Notes under the pieces: generated by a model
What the model saw: only the letters and a program-made list of their open reading frames with translations
What the model was told of the DNA's origin: nothing
The model's database searches: none
Part shown: positions 23,803-35,533 of the stretch, one piece after another
How the letters are laid out: each line of letters begins with the position of its first letter
How positions within the stretch are numbered: the first letter of the stretch is position 1
Source: Syntrophorhabdaceae bacterium
GTDB lineage: Bacteria > Desulfobacterota > Syntrophorhabdia > Syntrophorhabdales > Syntrophorhabdaceae
Reading direction: 5' to 3'
Assembly: GCA_963665295.1 (NCBI GenBank)
Contig: OY762209.1
Location: forward strand, 3,488,001-3,552,000
DNA length: 64,000 nt
Translations under genes and position numbers: made by a program

Positions 23803-24420
23803 CTACCGGGTGAGTTGAAGGAGCGTCTTCCCCATGCCGGGGGCAATGGGGAGGGTATAGGTTGATTGCGCGCCGGGATCGATGAATATGATGTATCCCT
23901 CGTCAAATATGCAGACCACCTCTTTCCCTGTCCTATTGTGGGCCTTGATGAGGTTCGAGAGCTTTCCCACGTCGGTCCCTCCTTCGACAAAGAGTTCCCT
24001 GACCCTTCGGGCGAGGGGTGGTTGAAAGAATATGCGGGCGAACTCGCGAGAATCAAAACGCAGGCATTCAGAGGCTATTACAGGCACTCCTTCTCCCTGC
24101 CCGGTCGAAGCGCCCCAACGGACAACACGGAGGCCGTCGGGCAGGGCCGGGTCTTCTGCCTTTTTGCTTTTGTGGTAGTAAGCTGCGATTGTGAAAGGCT
24201 TTGGGTGAGGAACTGCTGGTTTGTTCAGGTCTCCGGCGTAAGCATTCCCCGACAGGCTCAGCCCGTTCAGCCACGACTCGACGGAAATAAAGGACCTGTC
24301 CTGAGAATTTATCGCTTTATCAGCGAAAGGCGGTCCCGCGACTGGGGGCGAGAGGAGCTTCATGGCCCCCGGCCATAACGTTGCGCCAAGAATGGTTATG
24401 AGGATGAGATTGAGCCGCAT
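23803..24420 (-). CDS. Hypothetical protein with N-terminal hydrophobic segment
   Basis: 205-aa ORF downstream of HD-GYP gene; no family recognised. Confidence 0.5.
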   Translation of the reverse strand: MRLNLILITILGATLWPGAMKLLSPPVAGPPFADKAINSQDRSFISVESWLNGLSLSGNAYAGDLNKPAVPHPKPFTIAAYYHKSKKAEDPALPDGLRVVRWGASTGQGEGVPVIASECLRFDSREFARIFFQPPLARRVRELFVEGGTDVGKLSNLIKAHNRTGKEVVCIFDEGYIIFIDPGAQSTYTLPIAPGMGKTLLQLTR

Positions 24421-24541
24421 AGGACTTTCTTTGGAGTTAAGCCGTATAATGCCGTCTGTCTATAGTAAACCGGTTTTGATGACTTTGCAAGGAAACTATC
24501 ACGGTCCGGAGCGGGCCGGCAAAGGGCCTGCATGGAGGCAA

Positions 24542-27178
24542 TCAAGGGTGGTCACGGTTTGTGTTGGAATCCTGGGCTTCGTCGAATCTGAACCCGTCCG
24601 CGCGGAAGAGTCTGATACATACGTCCACAACCCGGCGGTCGTAGAGGATGTCTCTGTTTTTCGCGATTTCTTCAAGAGCGGTCTCTATGCCGAGTCCGGG
24701 CCGGTAGGGGCGGTGTGAGGCTATGGCCTCCACTACATCGGCCACGGCAAGGACACGTGCTTCGAGAAGAATCTGGTCGCCTCGAAGTCCCTGGGGGTAG
24801 CCCGAGCCATCGATACGCTCGTGGTGCTGCAGAACGGTTTCGGCGATGGGGTAGGGTAACCCCGCCTCCTTAAGGATGTTGTATCCCGATTGTGCATGTA
24901 GTTTTATGAGCCCGTACTCTACGTCCCTCAATTTTGTGGGTTTGCTCAATATCTCGGCAGGCACCGATATCTTGCCGATGTCGTGGACGATGCCCGCCAT
25001 CCGTATGTTGTCCAAGGTATCCTTAGGGGTCCCCAATTCGCGGGCAATGGCATAAGCGAGACTCGAGACTCTCTTCTGATGGCCCGAGGTGTAGGGGTCC
25101 CTCGTCTCCACGGTGAGTGACATGGCGCGGATGGTGCCCGCGAGACTATCGCTCAGTTTCCCCATAGTCCGTTTGAGTTCTTCGTCAGCGGCCCTGCGGG
25201 AGGTGATGTCTTCGGCTGTCCCTTCGTAGTAAAGAATCCTTCCGTTGATATTCCGTACTGCATGGAAGTTTAGGGAGCACCAGAAGGTTGAACCATCTTT
25301 CCTATAAAGTTGCGCTTCGAACCCCTTCACAACCCCGCGTTGTTCGAGAAGTTCTACACATTGTGCTCTGTCCTCGGGATTTACATAGAGACGTTGCCCG
25401 AGGTCGGTAACACTGGCAAGCATTTCCTCCGGACTCCGGTAACCGTGTATATGAGCCATGGCCGGATTGACACTTAACATGTGTCCTTCGGGAGTGGTCT
25501 GGAAGATTCCCTGCGCGGCGTTCATAAAAATGTTGCGATATTTTTCCTCAGCCTCCCGGAGAGAGTCCTCCGTCTTTTTTCGGTTCGTTATGTTCAGACC
25601 CGCCCCGCGGCAACCGGCAAACCTTCCGTTCAAATCAAAGATCGGGATACCACTTACCTCTTCCCAAAGAACGTCGCCGGTTCTTGTGATATCACGATGG
25701 ACAAGTCTGAACGGCCGTCTTTGCATGATGGCCTCGCCAAGCGCCTTTTTCACCCTTACTGCATCTTCCGCCGGCATGTACTCGAATGCGGTGTGTCCCA
25801 GGAGTTCCTCCGGCATGTAGCCCTTGACTGAGGAGACTTTATCGGAGACGTAGGTATGAATTCCGAAACGGTCTGTTTCCCATATATACTCACCTGCTGC
25901 CTCACTGATGTCACGGAAACGTTGCTCGCTTTCCCTGAGCCTTTTTTCTGCCTCTTTTTGCTCTGTAATTTCTTCGAAAGTCGTGTACACCATGTAAGGT
26001 TTCTTTTCCTGTTCCCGAAACCAGGGTACTGCATGGACCTTTACCCAACGATGCCTCCCAGTGGCGGGGTTCATTATTCCCAGGACCACATTGCTCACTT
26101 CTTTTCCAGTCTTCAGGGCGATCGCGCCAGGTCGTTCATCCAAGGGACAGTCCCTGCCGTCTTCGTGGACGATCTTCAGTTTCGGGTTGAAGGACGTGCA
26201 TTCGCCGATTGAATCGGGAGCGAGGCCAAGTATCCTTTCTGCCGCAGGGTTGACCGATATTATTGTCCCTCTTTCATTGCGGTATATGACGCCCTGAGCC
26301 ATGGTTTCGAAGAGGGTCCTGTACTTTTCTTCGGCCCGCTTTCTCTCGGTGATATCGATTACCACCGATCTTAACCCCACAACTCTGTTCCCGCGGACAA
26401 TCGGACTGCTGTATGTGAGGGCAGGGAATCGGCTGCCGTCCTTCTTCACAAGGATATACTCATTTCCCTCGACCCGTTCGCCTTGTAAGGCCTTCGCGAT
26501 GTTCTTCCGGGCCCTGTCGTGCTCTTCCGGGGCAAGTATCTGAAAGACGTTCACGCCTCTCTGAAAGTCCTCCCGCGTATAGCCTGTAGTAGTATAGCTA
26601 TTCATGTTTACGAAGGTGAAGTTGCCTTCCTCATCCAGTTCCGAGATCATTTGTGGAAGGAGGTCGGCGAGTTCCCGGAACCGTTTCTCGTTGTCCTTCA
26701 AAACATGTTCCGTCTTTGCACGTTCGGTGATATCGCGGAGGAGACCCTGAATGACCATTTCACCTTCCAGGACGATGAGGGTCAGGCCCATCTCGGCTTC
26801 GAAGGGTGTTCCATTGCAGCGGAGGTGCGTCCAGCGGAAGAACTGAGGTTCGCCACGAAGGGCAGCGTCCATCTTCATGCGGAAGGCGCGGGTCGAGTGG
26901 GTACCGTCAGGCTGATGGTTCGGAAAAAATCGAAACAGGTTCTCTCCGATGACCTGCCGGTCCGCGCCTCCAAGTATCTTCAGAGCCTTTGAATTGCAGG
27001 CAACCAGGGTCTCCTTCTTCAGAAGGAAAAACGCTTCCCGTGAGTTCGCAAAAACCCTTTCGAAGTTGGACTCGAAGTGAGCCAACGGATCCCCTTCCGC
27101 CATCTTATCCCGCTGGAAGGCGGAAAGGGCACTCTTTTGGTCACGGTCCTTGCGGTCCATCAAGACAGTATCCCCCAT
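24542..27178 (-). CDS. Multi-PAS (about 5) HD-GYP phosphodiesterase
   Basis: Repeated PAS/PAC ending DITE/EITE; RDPYTSGH, HDIGK, HHERIDGSGYP, HRPYRP. Confidence 0.93.
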   Translation of the reverse strand: MGDTVLMDRKDRDQKSALSAFQRDKMAEGDPLAHFESNFERVFANSREAFFLLKKETLVACNSKALKILGGADRQVIGENLFRFFPNHQPDGTHSTRAFRMKMDAALRGEPQFFRWTHLRCNGTPFEAEMGLTLIVLEGEMVIQGLLRDITERAKTEHVLKDNEKRFRELADLLPQMISELDEEGNFTFVNMNSYTTTGYTREDFQRGVNVFQILAPEEHDRARKNIAKALQGERVEGNEYILVKKDGSRFPALTYSSPIVRGNRVVGLRSVVIDITERKRAEEKYRTLFETMAQGVIYRNERGTIISVNPAAERILGLAPDSIGECTSFNPKLKIVHEDGRDCPLDERPGAIALKTGKEVSNVVLGIMNPATGRHRWVKVHAVPWFREQEKKPYMVYTTFEEITEQKEAEKRLRESEQRFRDISEAAGEYIWETDRFGIHTYVSDKVSSVKGYMPEELLGHTAFEYMPAEDAVRVKKALGEAIMQRRPFRLVHRDITRTGDVLWEEVSGIPIFDLNGRFAGCRGAGLNITNRKKTEDSLREAEEKYRNIFMNAAQGIFQTTPEGHMLSVNPAMAHIHGYRSPEEMLASVTDLGQRLYVNPEDRAQCVELLEQRGVVKGFEAQLYRKDGSTFWCSLNFHAVRNINGRILYYEGTAEDITSRRAADEELKRTMGKLSDSLAGTIRAMSLTVETRDPYTSGHQKRVSSLAYAIARELGTPKDTLDNIRMAGIVHDIGKISVPAEILSKPTKLRDVEYGLIKLHAQSGYNILKEAGLPYPIAETVLQHHERIDGSGYPQGLRGDQILLEARVLAVADVVEAIASHRPYRPGLGIETALEEIAKNRDILYDRRVVDVCIRLFRADGFRFDEAQDSNTNRDHP

Positions 27179-27244
27179 GTCCGGAATCCCTCCTCAGGTA
27201 CGGTACCACAATGTACCTGTATAATGTTGATTAAAGTACTATGA

Positions 27245-27273
27245 ATTGTAACATGAGAAAAACACAGTGTAAA
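27245..27273 (-). promoter_or_regulatory. Promoter of PAS-HD-GYP gene
   Basis: Minus strand TTTACA-17 bp-TACAAT with TG extension. Confidence 0.5.
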
Positions 27274-27413
27274 GGCCCTGCGTTTCGGGAGAAGAAAATG
27301 TCTGCGGCCATGGGGCATGCCTGTCGTGCGATGACCGTAAAGAGCACGCTTCCGGAGTCCCCTTCCAATGGATTGGCCCACAGGCACCTCCGGGACGGGG
27401 TGTAAAGCCTTCC

Positions 27414-27442
27414 TTGACAAAGGCCGGGGGGGCCTTTAAAAT
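27414..27442 (+). promoter_or_regulatory. Sigma70-type promoter
   Basis: TTGACA-17 bp-TAAAAT. Confidence 0.6.
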
Positions 27443-27509
27443 ATACCATCCTTCGTTCCGGCACCCGATATGAAGGACAGCGCTGAATCACACGCCAGGG
27501 AGGGAAAAG

Positions 27510-27869
27510 TTGATCAAGTATCTTTTGTACGTGTTGCGCTGGACCGTCCTTGCAGTGCCCGGCGCCTTATTCTTTAACAAGGTAAGGCAGATCTTCGGTA
27601 TAGAGGATGTATATGTAGCCATGGTAGTGAGTCAGGCTATTATGGGCGCCATGGTCTATTTTGTGGATAAACTGATCTTCACTTCAGGCAGAGTACCGGC
27701 TCCCTGGGAGGTGAAGCCGCGGGCTGTCTGCGCTGACTGTGGCCGTGTCGGAAGATGCTACAGGGTTGCCGGCTCGAAGTGTTGCGAAAGACAGGAAACG
27801 GCTGAGGGCAGCCAAGGCTTCAGATGTGAACAGTGCGCGGTCAAACGAATGAAAGAGACCTGCCAATAG
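27510..27869 (+). CDS. Small membrane protein (2 TM) with C-terminal Cys-rich Zn-ribbon-like domain
   Basis: TTG start after GGAGG; hydrophobic N-half; CADC...FRCEQC. Confidence 0.7.
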   Translation: MIKYLLYVLRWTVLAVPGALFFNKVRQIFGIEDVYVAMVVSQAIMGAMVYFVDKLIFTSGRVPAPWEVKPRAVCADCGRVGRCYRVAGSKCCERQETAEGSQGFRCEQCAVKRMKETCQ

Positions 27870-27913
27870 CGCCCCGCCGTCCTGTACGTCGTCCGATATT
27901 ACCCCTTTGAATA

Positions 27914-28171
27914 TCAGGCTTCGAAGAGCATTTTTTGGACCTGGAGCCCTTTTATCGCCTTCAGTTTGCCTTCGATCTCCGCGTAGGTGCCTTCGTCTCC
28001 GAACAGCTCAAGGAGGATCAGACCGGCGGGAGCACAAAGGTTTTCGGTAACCTCGTGGAGACCGATCCTTGTCTTGATATTGCACCCACATTCGGTGAGC
28101 ACTTTTTGTACCTGCGGGGCGTTTTCAACGCGGTTAGTCACCAGTAGACCGAGGACGCATCTTTTTGCCAT
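27914..28171 (-). CDS. ACT-like small protein resembling the TM1266 / iron-only hydrogenase system regulator family
   Basis: NR..NA..VQ.VLT..GC.IKTRIGLHE...C...GLILLEL; AAGGAGG RBS. Confidence 0.72.
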   Translation of the reverse strand: MAKRCVLGLLVTNRVENAPQVQKVLTECGCNIKTRIGLHEVTENLCAPAGLILLELFGDEGTYAEIEGKLKAIKGLQVQKMLFEA

Positions 28172-28320
28172 GAATACCTCCTTTAGCGGAATTTTGTCAA
28201 CTCATTGTATCATACACAAAACGGATTCGCCCGGCAATACTATTCGAGCCCGCTTCTGTGGTTCTGGGCCGTTTGCCATAGTCCCGGGATCCAATATGCC
28301 GTGAAAGCCAAGGATGAAGG

Positions 28321-29265
28321 CTATTTGTCTCCGTAGCGTCTACTGTCGTACCGGCCGCCAAGGTCTCGTATCGTTGGACTCTCCCCGCAAAGAGGACAGG
28401 AGGGGTTCCGCTCGACTGTAAAGACCCTTAAATCCGTTTCAAGGCAGTCGTAGATAAGAAACCGGCCCATAAGAGACCGGCCTTTTTTAAGGAGGAGTTT
28501 TACCGCTTCTGCCGCCTGGAGTAAACCTATCTGTCCCGGCACCACGCCAAAAACGCCTGCTTCGCGGCATGTCGGTCCCGGCGGTGGAATCTCAGGCATG
28601 ATGCAGCGAAGACACGGCCCTCCCGCCTTGGGGTGGAACACGCTTACCTGGCCGTCAAAACGCACGGCACCGCCGAAGATATAGGGCTTATTTCTGAAAA
28701 AAGAAGCATCGTTGAGGAGAAACTTCGTGGCGAAATTATCTGAGCCGTCCATTACGATGTCGTACTCTTCGATGATCTCGAGGGCGTTGTCCTGTGTAAG
28801 GCGTTTCTGATGACTGATTACGTTGACCTCTGGATTTGTGCGGAGAATAGTATCCCTTGCCGACTCGACCTTGGGTCTGCCCACGTCCGTGGTTCCGTGC
28901 AGAATCTGGCGGTGAATGTTGCTCAGGTCCACGTCGTCCGAATCTACTATCCCTATGGTGCCTACACCTGCCGCAGCGAGGTAGAGCGCAGCGGGGGACG
29001 CGAGACCGCCCGCGCCGACGAGGAGTATTTTCGACCGGAGCAGGGCTAGTTGGCCTTCCTCTCCGATTTCGGCGAGCAGAATCTGGCGGCTATAGCGCCG
29101 GACCTGTTCCTCCGTCAGGCCGCCACGAGTCTTGACGGAATGACCTGTCTCCAGCGATGCGGCGAACCCGCCTGCCATGGAACGAACATTTTTATATTCC
29201 ACGCGTTCAGGTAACTCCCGCGCCTTTTCTTTACTTTCCCCGGGCGTCCGATCATTTTTGGCCAT
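28321..29265 (-). CDS. moeB: MoeB/ThiF-family adenylyltransferase
   Basis: RYSRQ, GAGGL, SNIHRQ, DGSDNF, CLRC, TCREAGV, CPLC. Confidence 0.88.
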   Translation of the reverse strand: MAKNDRTPGESKEKARELPERVEYKNVRSMAGGFAASLETGHSVKTRGGLTEEQVRRYSRQILLAEIGEEGQLALLRSKILLVGAGGLASPAALYLAAAGVGTIGIVDSDDVDLSNIHRQILHGTTDVGRPKVESARDTILRTNPEVNVISHQKRLTQDNALEIIEEYDIVMDGSDNFATKFLLNDASFFRNKPYIFGGAVRFDGQVSVFHPKAGGPCLRCIMPEIPPPGPTCREAGVFGVVPGQIGLLQAAEAVKLLLKKGRSLMGRFLIYDCLETDLRVFTVERNPSCPLCGESPTIRDLGGRYDSRRYGDK

Positions 29266-29515
29266 GCTGCTTCACCCCGTTGCCTTTGGCTGACGCTGCT
29301 GCGTGCGCCGGTCGGATCGATATTGCGTGACCTACATTCTTATTTTCTTTTAATTTGAGGACAAGGGCAAGGCTTATTTTATTCGATATCTTCGCCGGGA
29401 CCTGTTGTTTGTGTGTTTTTGAGCGTATAATTATTAATGGGGCGTGGGTTTGACCAAATCCGGCGCAGTATTGCGGATATGCTTCAGACGGCTTATCATT
29501 CCTTTTGTGAAACGC

Positions 29516-29544
29516 TTGACAAAAGTTTTTTGGAAAAGTATACT
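29516..29544 (+). promoter_or_regulatory. Promoter of cysK-Rrf2-met operon
   Basis: TTGACA-17 bp-TATACT. Confidence 0.75.
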
Positions 29545-29626
29545 ATAGCCATATAATTAGTAGACATTTTAGTATGCAAAGAGGGCTTCGGTTTACGCGG
29601 AGTCAATTAAAGGAAGGAGGACGTAT

Positions 29627-30622
29627 ATGGGCAGAATTTTTCAGGATAATTCTTATTCCATAGGCAATACGCCCCTGGTTCGCCTGAACAAGGTGACCGA
29701 CGGTGCAAAAGCGACGGTACTCGGCAAGATTGAGGGCAGGAATCCGGCATACTCCGTGAAGTGCCGCATCGGCGCAGCAATGGTGTGGGACGCGGAGAAG
29801 AGGGGGATATTGAAGCCCGGGATGGAGATCATCGAACCCACTTCAGGCAATACAGGCATCGCCCTTGCCTATGTTGCGGCGGCAAGGGGCTATGGCCTGA
29901 CCCTTACCATGCCCGAGACGATGAGTATCGAGAGGAGGAAAGTACTGAAAGCCTTTGGCGCGAACCTGATCCTCACGGAGGCGGCCAAGGGCATGAAAGG
30001 AGCAGTGGAGACAGCCACCGAAGTTGCCGCGAGCGACCCCTTGCGTTATTTCCTTCCTCAGCAGTTCGAAAACCCGGCGAACCCGGCCGTTCATGAGACC
30101 ACCACTGCCGTCGAGATCTGGAATGACACTGACGGGAAGATGGATATATTTGTATCGGGTGTGGGGACGGGCGGCACCATTACAGGGGTCAGCCGTTATT
30201 TCAAGAAGACAAAAGGCAGGAAGATAATCTCGGTGGCGGTCGAACCGGTCCATTCGCCTGTGCTTACCCAGACGAGGAACGGTGAGGTGTTAAAGCCGGG
30301 TCCCCATAAAATCCAGGGCATAGGAGCGGGGTTCGTGCCCAAGGTGCTGGACCTGGCCTTGGTGGACAGGATCGAGCAGGTCAGCAACGATGAAGCTATC
30401 GAAATGGCCCGCAGGCTTGCAAAACAGGAGGGTATTCTTTCGGGTATCTCCTGCGGCGCCGCAGTGACGGCCGCGGTCCGTCTTGCAAAGGAACCTGCAA
30501 ATGCCGGAAAGACCATAGTGGTGATCCTGCCCGACTCGGGGGAACGTTACCTCTCTACCCCGCTATTTGAGGGCCTTTTCGCCGGAGTGGAAAATGCCAT
30601 GGCGTCAAGCAGCATAATATAA
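29627..30622 (+). CDS. cysK: Cysteine synthase A
   Basis: [41 protein letters not shown]. Confidence 0.97.
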   Translation: MGRIFQDNSYSIGNTPLVRLNKVTDGAKATVLGKIEGRNPAYSVKCRIGAAMVWDAEKRGILKPGMEIIEPTSGNTGIALAYVAAARGYGLTLTMPETMSIERRKVLKAFGANLILTEAAKGMKGAVETATEVAASDPLRYFLPQQFENPANPAVHETTTAVEIWNDTDGKMDIFVSGVGTGGTITGVSRYFKKTKGRKIISVAVEPVHSPVLTQTRNGEVLKPGPHKIQGIGAGFVPKVLDLALVDRIEQVSNDEAIEMARRLAKQEGILSGISCGAAVTAAVRLAKEPANAGKTIVVILPDSGERYLSTPLFEGLFAGVENAMASSSII

Positions 30623-30641
30623 GAAGTGAGGGACGAGGGTT

Positions 30642-31088
30642 ATGAAAATATCGACTAAAGGGAGATACGGTTTAAGAGCCCTTATCGACCTTGCCATATA
30701 CGGAAAGAGCGGTGTCCCCGTGTTTCTCTCGGATATTGCAAGGAGGCAGGAGATTTCGGACAAGTACCTCGAGCAGATAGCTACGCAATTGCAGAGGGCG
30801 GGACTGGTCCGGACCATCCGGGGAAGAAAAGGGGGATATCTTCTGAACAAACCGGCGAACCAGATCAGGTTGAGCGAGATTATCGCGGTGCTGGAAGGTC
30901 CCATTTGTCTCGTTGATTGCGTGAAGGAGCCGGGAACGTGTCTCAAGTCCAACTCGTGTTCCACGAGGGATATCTGGACGGAATTGAGCGACAGGATAGA
31001 AGAGGTGCTTGCGGGGTACACGTTGGAAGATATTGTGAACATGCAGAGCGCCAAGACCGCGATAGAAGGAACGATGTACTACATATAG
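30642..31088 (+). CDS. Rrf2-family regulator (IscR/CymR-like)
   Basis: MKISTKGRYGLRA, YLEQI, RGRKGGY, Cys triad, C-terminal MYYI. Confidence 0.93.
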   Translation: MKISTKGRYGLRALIDLAIYGKSGVPVFLSDIARRQEISDKYLEQIATQLQRAGLVRTIRGRKGGYLLNKPANQIRLSEIIAVLEGPICLVDCVKEPGTCLKSNSCSTRDIWTELSDRIEEVLAGYTLEDIVNMQSAKTAIEGTMYYI

Positions 31089-31093
31089 CTTGA

Positions 31094-32449
<1,356 letters not shown>

Positions 32450-32497
32450 GAGACGATAATGGCGGGAGAGTGGAGTGCGTCGGCGTGAGAGTGAGGA

Positions 32498-33637
32498 ATG
32501 ATGGTATTGCATGAGAAAGGTTCAGGAATTGTCGAGACCCGATACTATACCTTCGCAGAGCCGCCGTCGGAACTGGAACTGGAAAGCGGCGAAAAGTTGG
32601 GACCCATAACACTCGCGTACGAGACCTATGGGAAACTCAACGACGACAGATCGAACGCCATACTGGTCACCCATGCCCTGACCGGAGATGCCCACGCGGC
32701 GGGTTGGCACAAGGGCGACAAAAATCCCGGTTGGTGGGATAATATGATTGGGCCGGGTAAGGGTTTCGACACCAACAAATACTTTGTTATATGCTCAAAT
32801 GTTATCGGGGGATGTCAGGGCTCCACAGGGCCGTCTTCGATAAATCCGAAGACGGGGAGACATTACGGCCTTGAATTCCCTCTTATCACGATCAAGGACA
32901 TGGTCAACGCGCAACTTCGTCTCGTAGAACACCTGGGAATCGATAAGCTGCTTTCGGTTGCGGGAGGCTCCATGGGCGGAATGCAGGTGCTCCAGTGGGT
33001 CGTTTCCCACCCCGAGAGGGTGCGATCCGCCATCCCGATTGCAAGCACTGCCGTTCATTCTCCCCAGCAGATAGCCTTCAACGAAGTGGGCAGACAGGCG
33101 ATAATGGCGGACCCGAACTGGAATGACGGCAATTACTACGGCAAACGGCTTCCTGTCAAAGGATTGAGCGTAGCGAGAATGGTGGGGCATATCACCTATA
33201 TGAGCGACGAATCAATGAATGACAAATTCGGGCGGCGGTTCAAGGAAGAGAAACAGGGCCTGAAATTCGGCGCGGAGTTCGAGGTGGAAGGATATCTCCA
33301 GTACAGGGGAGACAACTTCATTAAACGGTTCGACCCGAATTCCTATCTCTACGTGACGAAGGCTATAGACTATTTCGACCTCTCAAACGGGGTCGGCCTG
33401 CGCAACATGCTTAAAGGGGTAAACGCCCGGTTCCTCATCATTGCCTTCAAATCCGACTGGCTTTACCCTGCCTATCAGTCCCAGGAGATTGCAAGGGCGT
33501 GCAAACGGGCGGGCATTGAGGCTATATACTGTGAACTGAATTCCACCTACGGCCATGATGCGTTCCTTGTGGAGGTAGCCGAACAGACCCATCTCGTCAC
33601 CCATTTCCTGGGCAGGGTCGCCGAAGGGGAATGTTGA
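32498..33637 (+). CDS. metX: Homoserine O-acetyltransferase
   Basis: [35 protein letters not shown]. Confidence 0.96.
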   Translation: MMVLHEKGSGIVETRYYTFAEPPSELELESGEKLGPITLAYETYGKLNDDRSNAILVTHALTGDAHAAGWHKGDKNPGWWDNMIGPGKGFDTNKYFVICSNVIGGCQGSTGPSSINPKTGRHYGLEFPLITIKDMVNAQLRLVEHLGIDKLLSVAGGSMGGMQVLQWVVSHPERVRSAIPIASTAVHSPQQIAFNEVGRQAIMADPNWNDGNYYGKRLPVKGLSVARMVGHITYMSDESMNDKFGRRFKEEKQGLKFGAEFEVEGYLQYRGDNFIKRFDPNSYLYVTKAIDYFDLSNGVGLRNMLKGVNARFLIIAFKSDWLYPAYQSQEIARACKRAGIEAIYCELNSTYGHDAFLVEVAEQTHLVTHFLGRVAEGEC

Positions 33638-34239
33638 TGGTGTCAAAGCCCATGGAGGACATCAGTCTTGACTACCAGGTAATTCTCGACCTCGTGGACC
33701 CCTCTTCGACGGTCCTCGACCTTGGCTGCGGCAATGGGGACCTCCTTTCTTTGCTGGTTCGGGAGAAGAAGATAAAGGCCCAAGGGATAGAGATCGATGA
33801 CAAGGCCATATTTGAGTGCGTGGCCAAGGGGTTGAGCGTCTTTCAGGATGATATCGATACGGGGCTACCGGAGTATGGGGATAAGTCTTTTGATTTTGTC
33901 ATACTGAATCAGAGCATCCAGCAGGTCAAGAAACCCGGCGAAGTGCTCAGGGAGGCCTTGAGGGTAGGCAATAAGGTCATTGTAGGCATTCCCAATTTTG
34001 CCTATATCAAAGCCCGGCTTCAGATATTTTTTGGGGGAAAGGTGCCGGTCACGCCTTCGCTGCCTTATGAATGGCATGATACGCCCAACCTCCATTTTCT
34101 GAGCCTCATAGATTTTATCGAGTATTGTAGAAAAAGGGCAATCAGGATTGATCGCTCCTTTTACCTCGGAGCCGGGAGGATGGTAAGATTTTTCCCTAAT
34201 ATGTTTGCCAGGGTAGGGCTATTCGTTATTTCCGAATAG
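33631..34239 (+). CDS. metW: Methionine biosynthesis protein MetW (start may be 33637)
   Basis: [21 protein letters not shown]; overlaps metX stop. Confidence 0.93.
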   Translation: MLMVSKPMEDISLDYQVILDLVDPSSTVLDLGCGNGDLLSLLVREKKIKAQGIEIDDKAIFECVAKGLSVFQDDIDTGLPEYGDKSFDFVILNQSIQQVKKPGEVLREALRVGNKVIVGIPNFAYIKARLQIFFGGKVPVTPSLPYEWHDTPNLHFLSLIDFIEYCRKRAIRIDRSFYLGAGRMVRFFPNMFARVGLFVISE

Positions 34240-34303
34240 GATGTGGAGAGAACCTCCTGCGGACATTGGTCCGGTGAGGAGGGGTGGGCGTTGGCGGCAC
34301 TGT

Positions 34304-35263
34304 TCAGGTTTTCGGAAATGACTCGTCGTCCTCTTCTTCAATATATCTTGCCCGGATTCGCCGCCTTATAATGAGCCTGAGAAAAGCGTAGGCGGTAATG
34401 AGGGCCATGAAAAAGAAAAGAATCTCATAGATGTTGTTCGCGAAGAAGAGGAACCAGGAAGCGTGTTTGCCGAGGTCACTATGCCAGGCCTCTTCGAACT
34501 GGGCAAGAGTTATCGAGAGAGATCCCTGAAAGGCTTCTTCGAAGGATTTACCTCTTTCCATGTGATCGAGTATTTCCAGTATCTTTTCAGCGCCGAAGGT
34601 TTTTCCCATATACTCGACGGCCCCCCTGCTTTCCTCGTAGGCGAGCGCCAATGAACCTTTCTCCTTCGGAAAGGCTTCCTTTAAACTCTCAAGGGAAATA
34701 AGTCTCTGTGAGAGCATGGCTTCGCTCAGGGAAGGGACTTTTCTGTCCATTATGATCTCCGCAAGGCCACCCGTCACCCACTGAGAAACTCCTTCGTCGA
34801 ACCATCTAGGAAGGTCGCCTTTTACCCGCCTGTGAAGGAGGAGGTGGCATAACTCGTGTTTCAGGGTGACTTGGAGCGTAAAAGGGTGAACCCCCATTCT
34901 TGAATAGTCGATGACGATAAGACCCTGACGGGGCGCGGCAAAGGCGACGATCATGTCGTTTCCCGCGATACGGCGGAACGTGTCGCCTTCTCGTATGAGA
35001 AGGATGACGGGATGGAAATTGACTGTCCGTCGAAGGGCTGTTTCCAGTTCCATCTTCACGACGGGGTAGGAGTGAAGCATTTCTTCTGCCGGGCGGGAAA
35101 GGGGTTTTTCGAACCTGACCGTAACATCCTGGTTCTCTACGACGCCCGTGTTCACTTCGATTTCGCGGGCGTGAATCCCGCCCGCGACGAGTGCGAGCGC
35201 GACAAAGGCAGCAAGAGAGCAAGGCAGAATCAGGGCTCTAAGGAACCGGCACAGGGGAGGCAT
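34304..35263 (-). CDS. Peptidase MA-family (gluzincin-like) exported protein with C-terminal TM
   Basis: HELCH followed by PRWFDEG; LAYEES. Confidence 0.8.
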   Translation of the reverse strand: MPPLCRFLRALILPCSLAAFVALALVAGGIHAREIEVNTGVVENQDVTVRFEKPLSRPAEEMLHSYPVVKMELETALRRTVNFHPVILLIREGDTFRRIAGNDMIVAFAAPRQGLIVIDYSRMGVHPFTLQVTLKHELCHLLLHRRVKGDLPRWFDEGVSQWVTGGLAEIIMDRKVPSLSEAMLSQRLISLESLKEAFPKEKGSLALAYEESRGAVEYMGKTFGAEKILEILDHMERGKSFEEAFQGSLSITLAQFEEAWHSDLGKHASWFLFFANNIYEILFFFMALITAYAFLRLIIRRRIRARYIEEEDDESFPKT

Positions 35264-35533
35264 TCATCAAGAATACCAGCAGGTACTTGAAATGGCAAGA
35301 CACACCGCTTGCCCGACAGCCTTTTGACCTCGATTTTGGGGATTGCCATACTCGGGTTAAAGGAGGCGAGGGGAGGGATTACGGGACATATTGGTGCGCC
35401 CTCCCGGCCCTCCGGTATCTCTGTCCAAACACAATGTTGACACGGTGAACAGGGATACATAGCTTGTATGACAGAAGCGGGACTTGTAGTTGCCTTTGTA
35501 CCGTAGACCACACATTATGGGGAGGGACAGGCG

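Noticed and set aside
30570..30622. CysK C-terminal extension ending in Ile as an autoinhibitory tail
   Set aside because: CysK tails are variable and a terminal Ile alone is too little evidence.
35290..35533. Cobalamin riboswitch or NrdR boxes upstream of nrdJ
   Set aside because: No B12-box or AGGGAA core, and the NrdR-like words (near 35381, 35429, 35507) match only partially.
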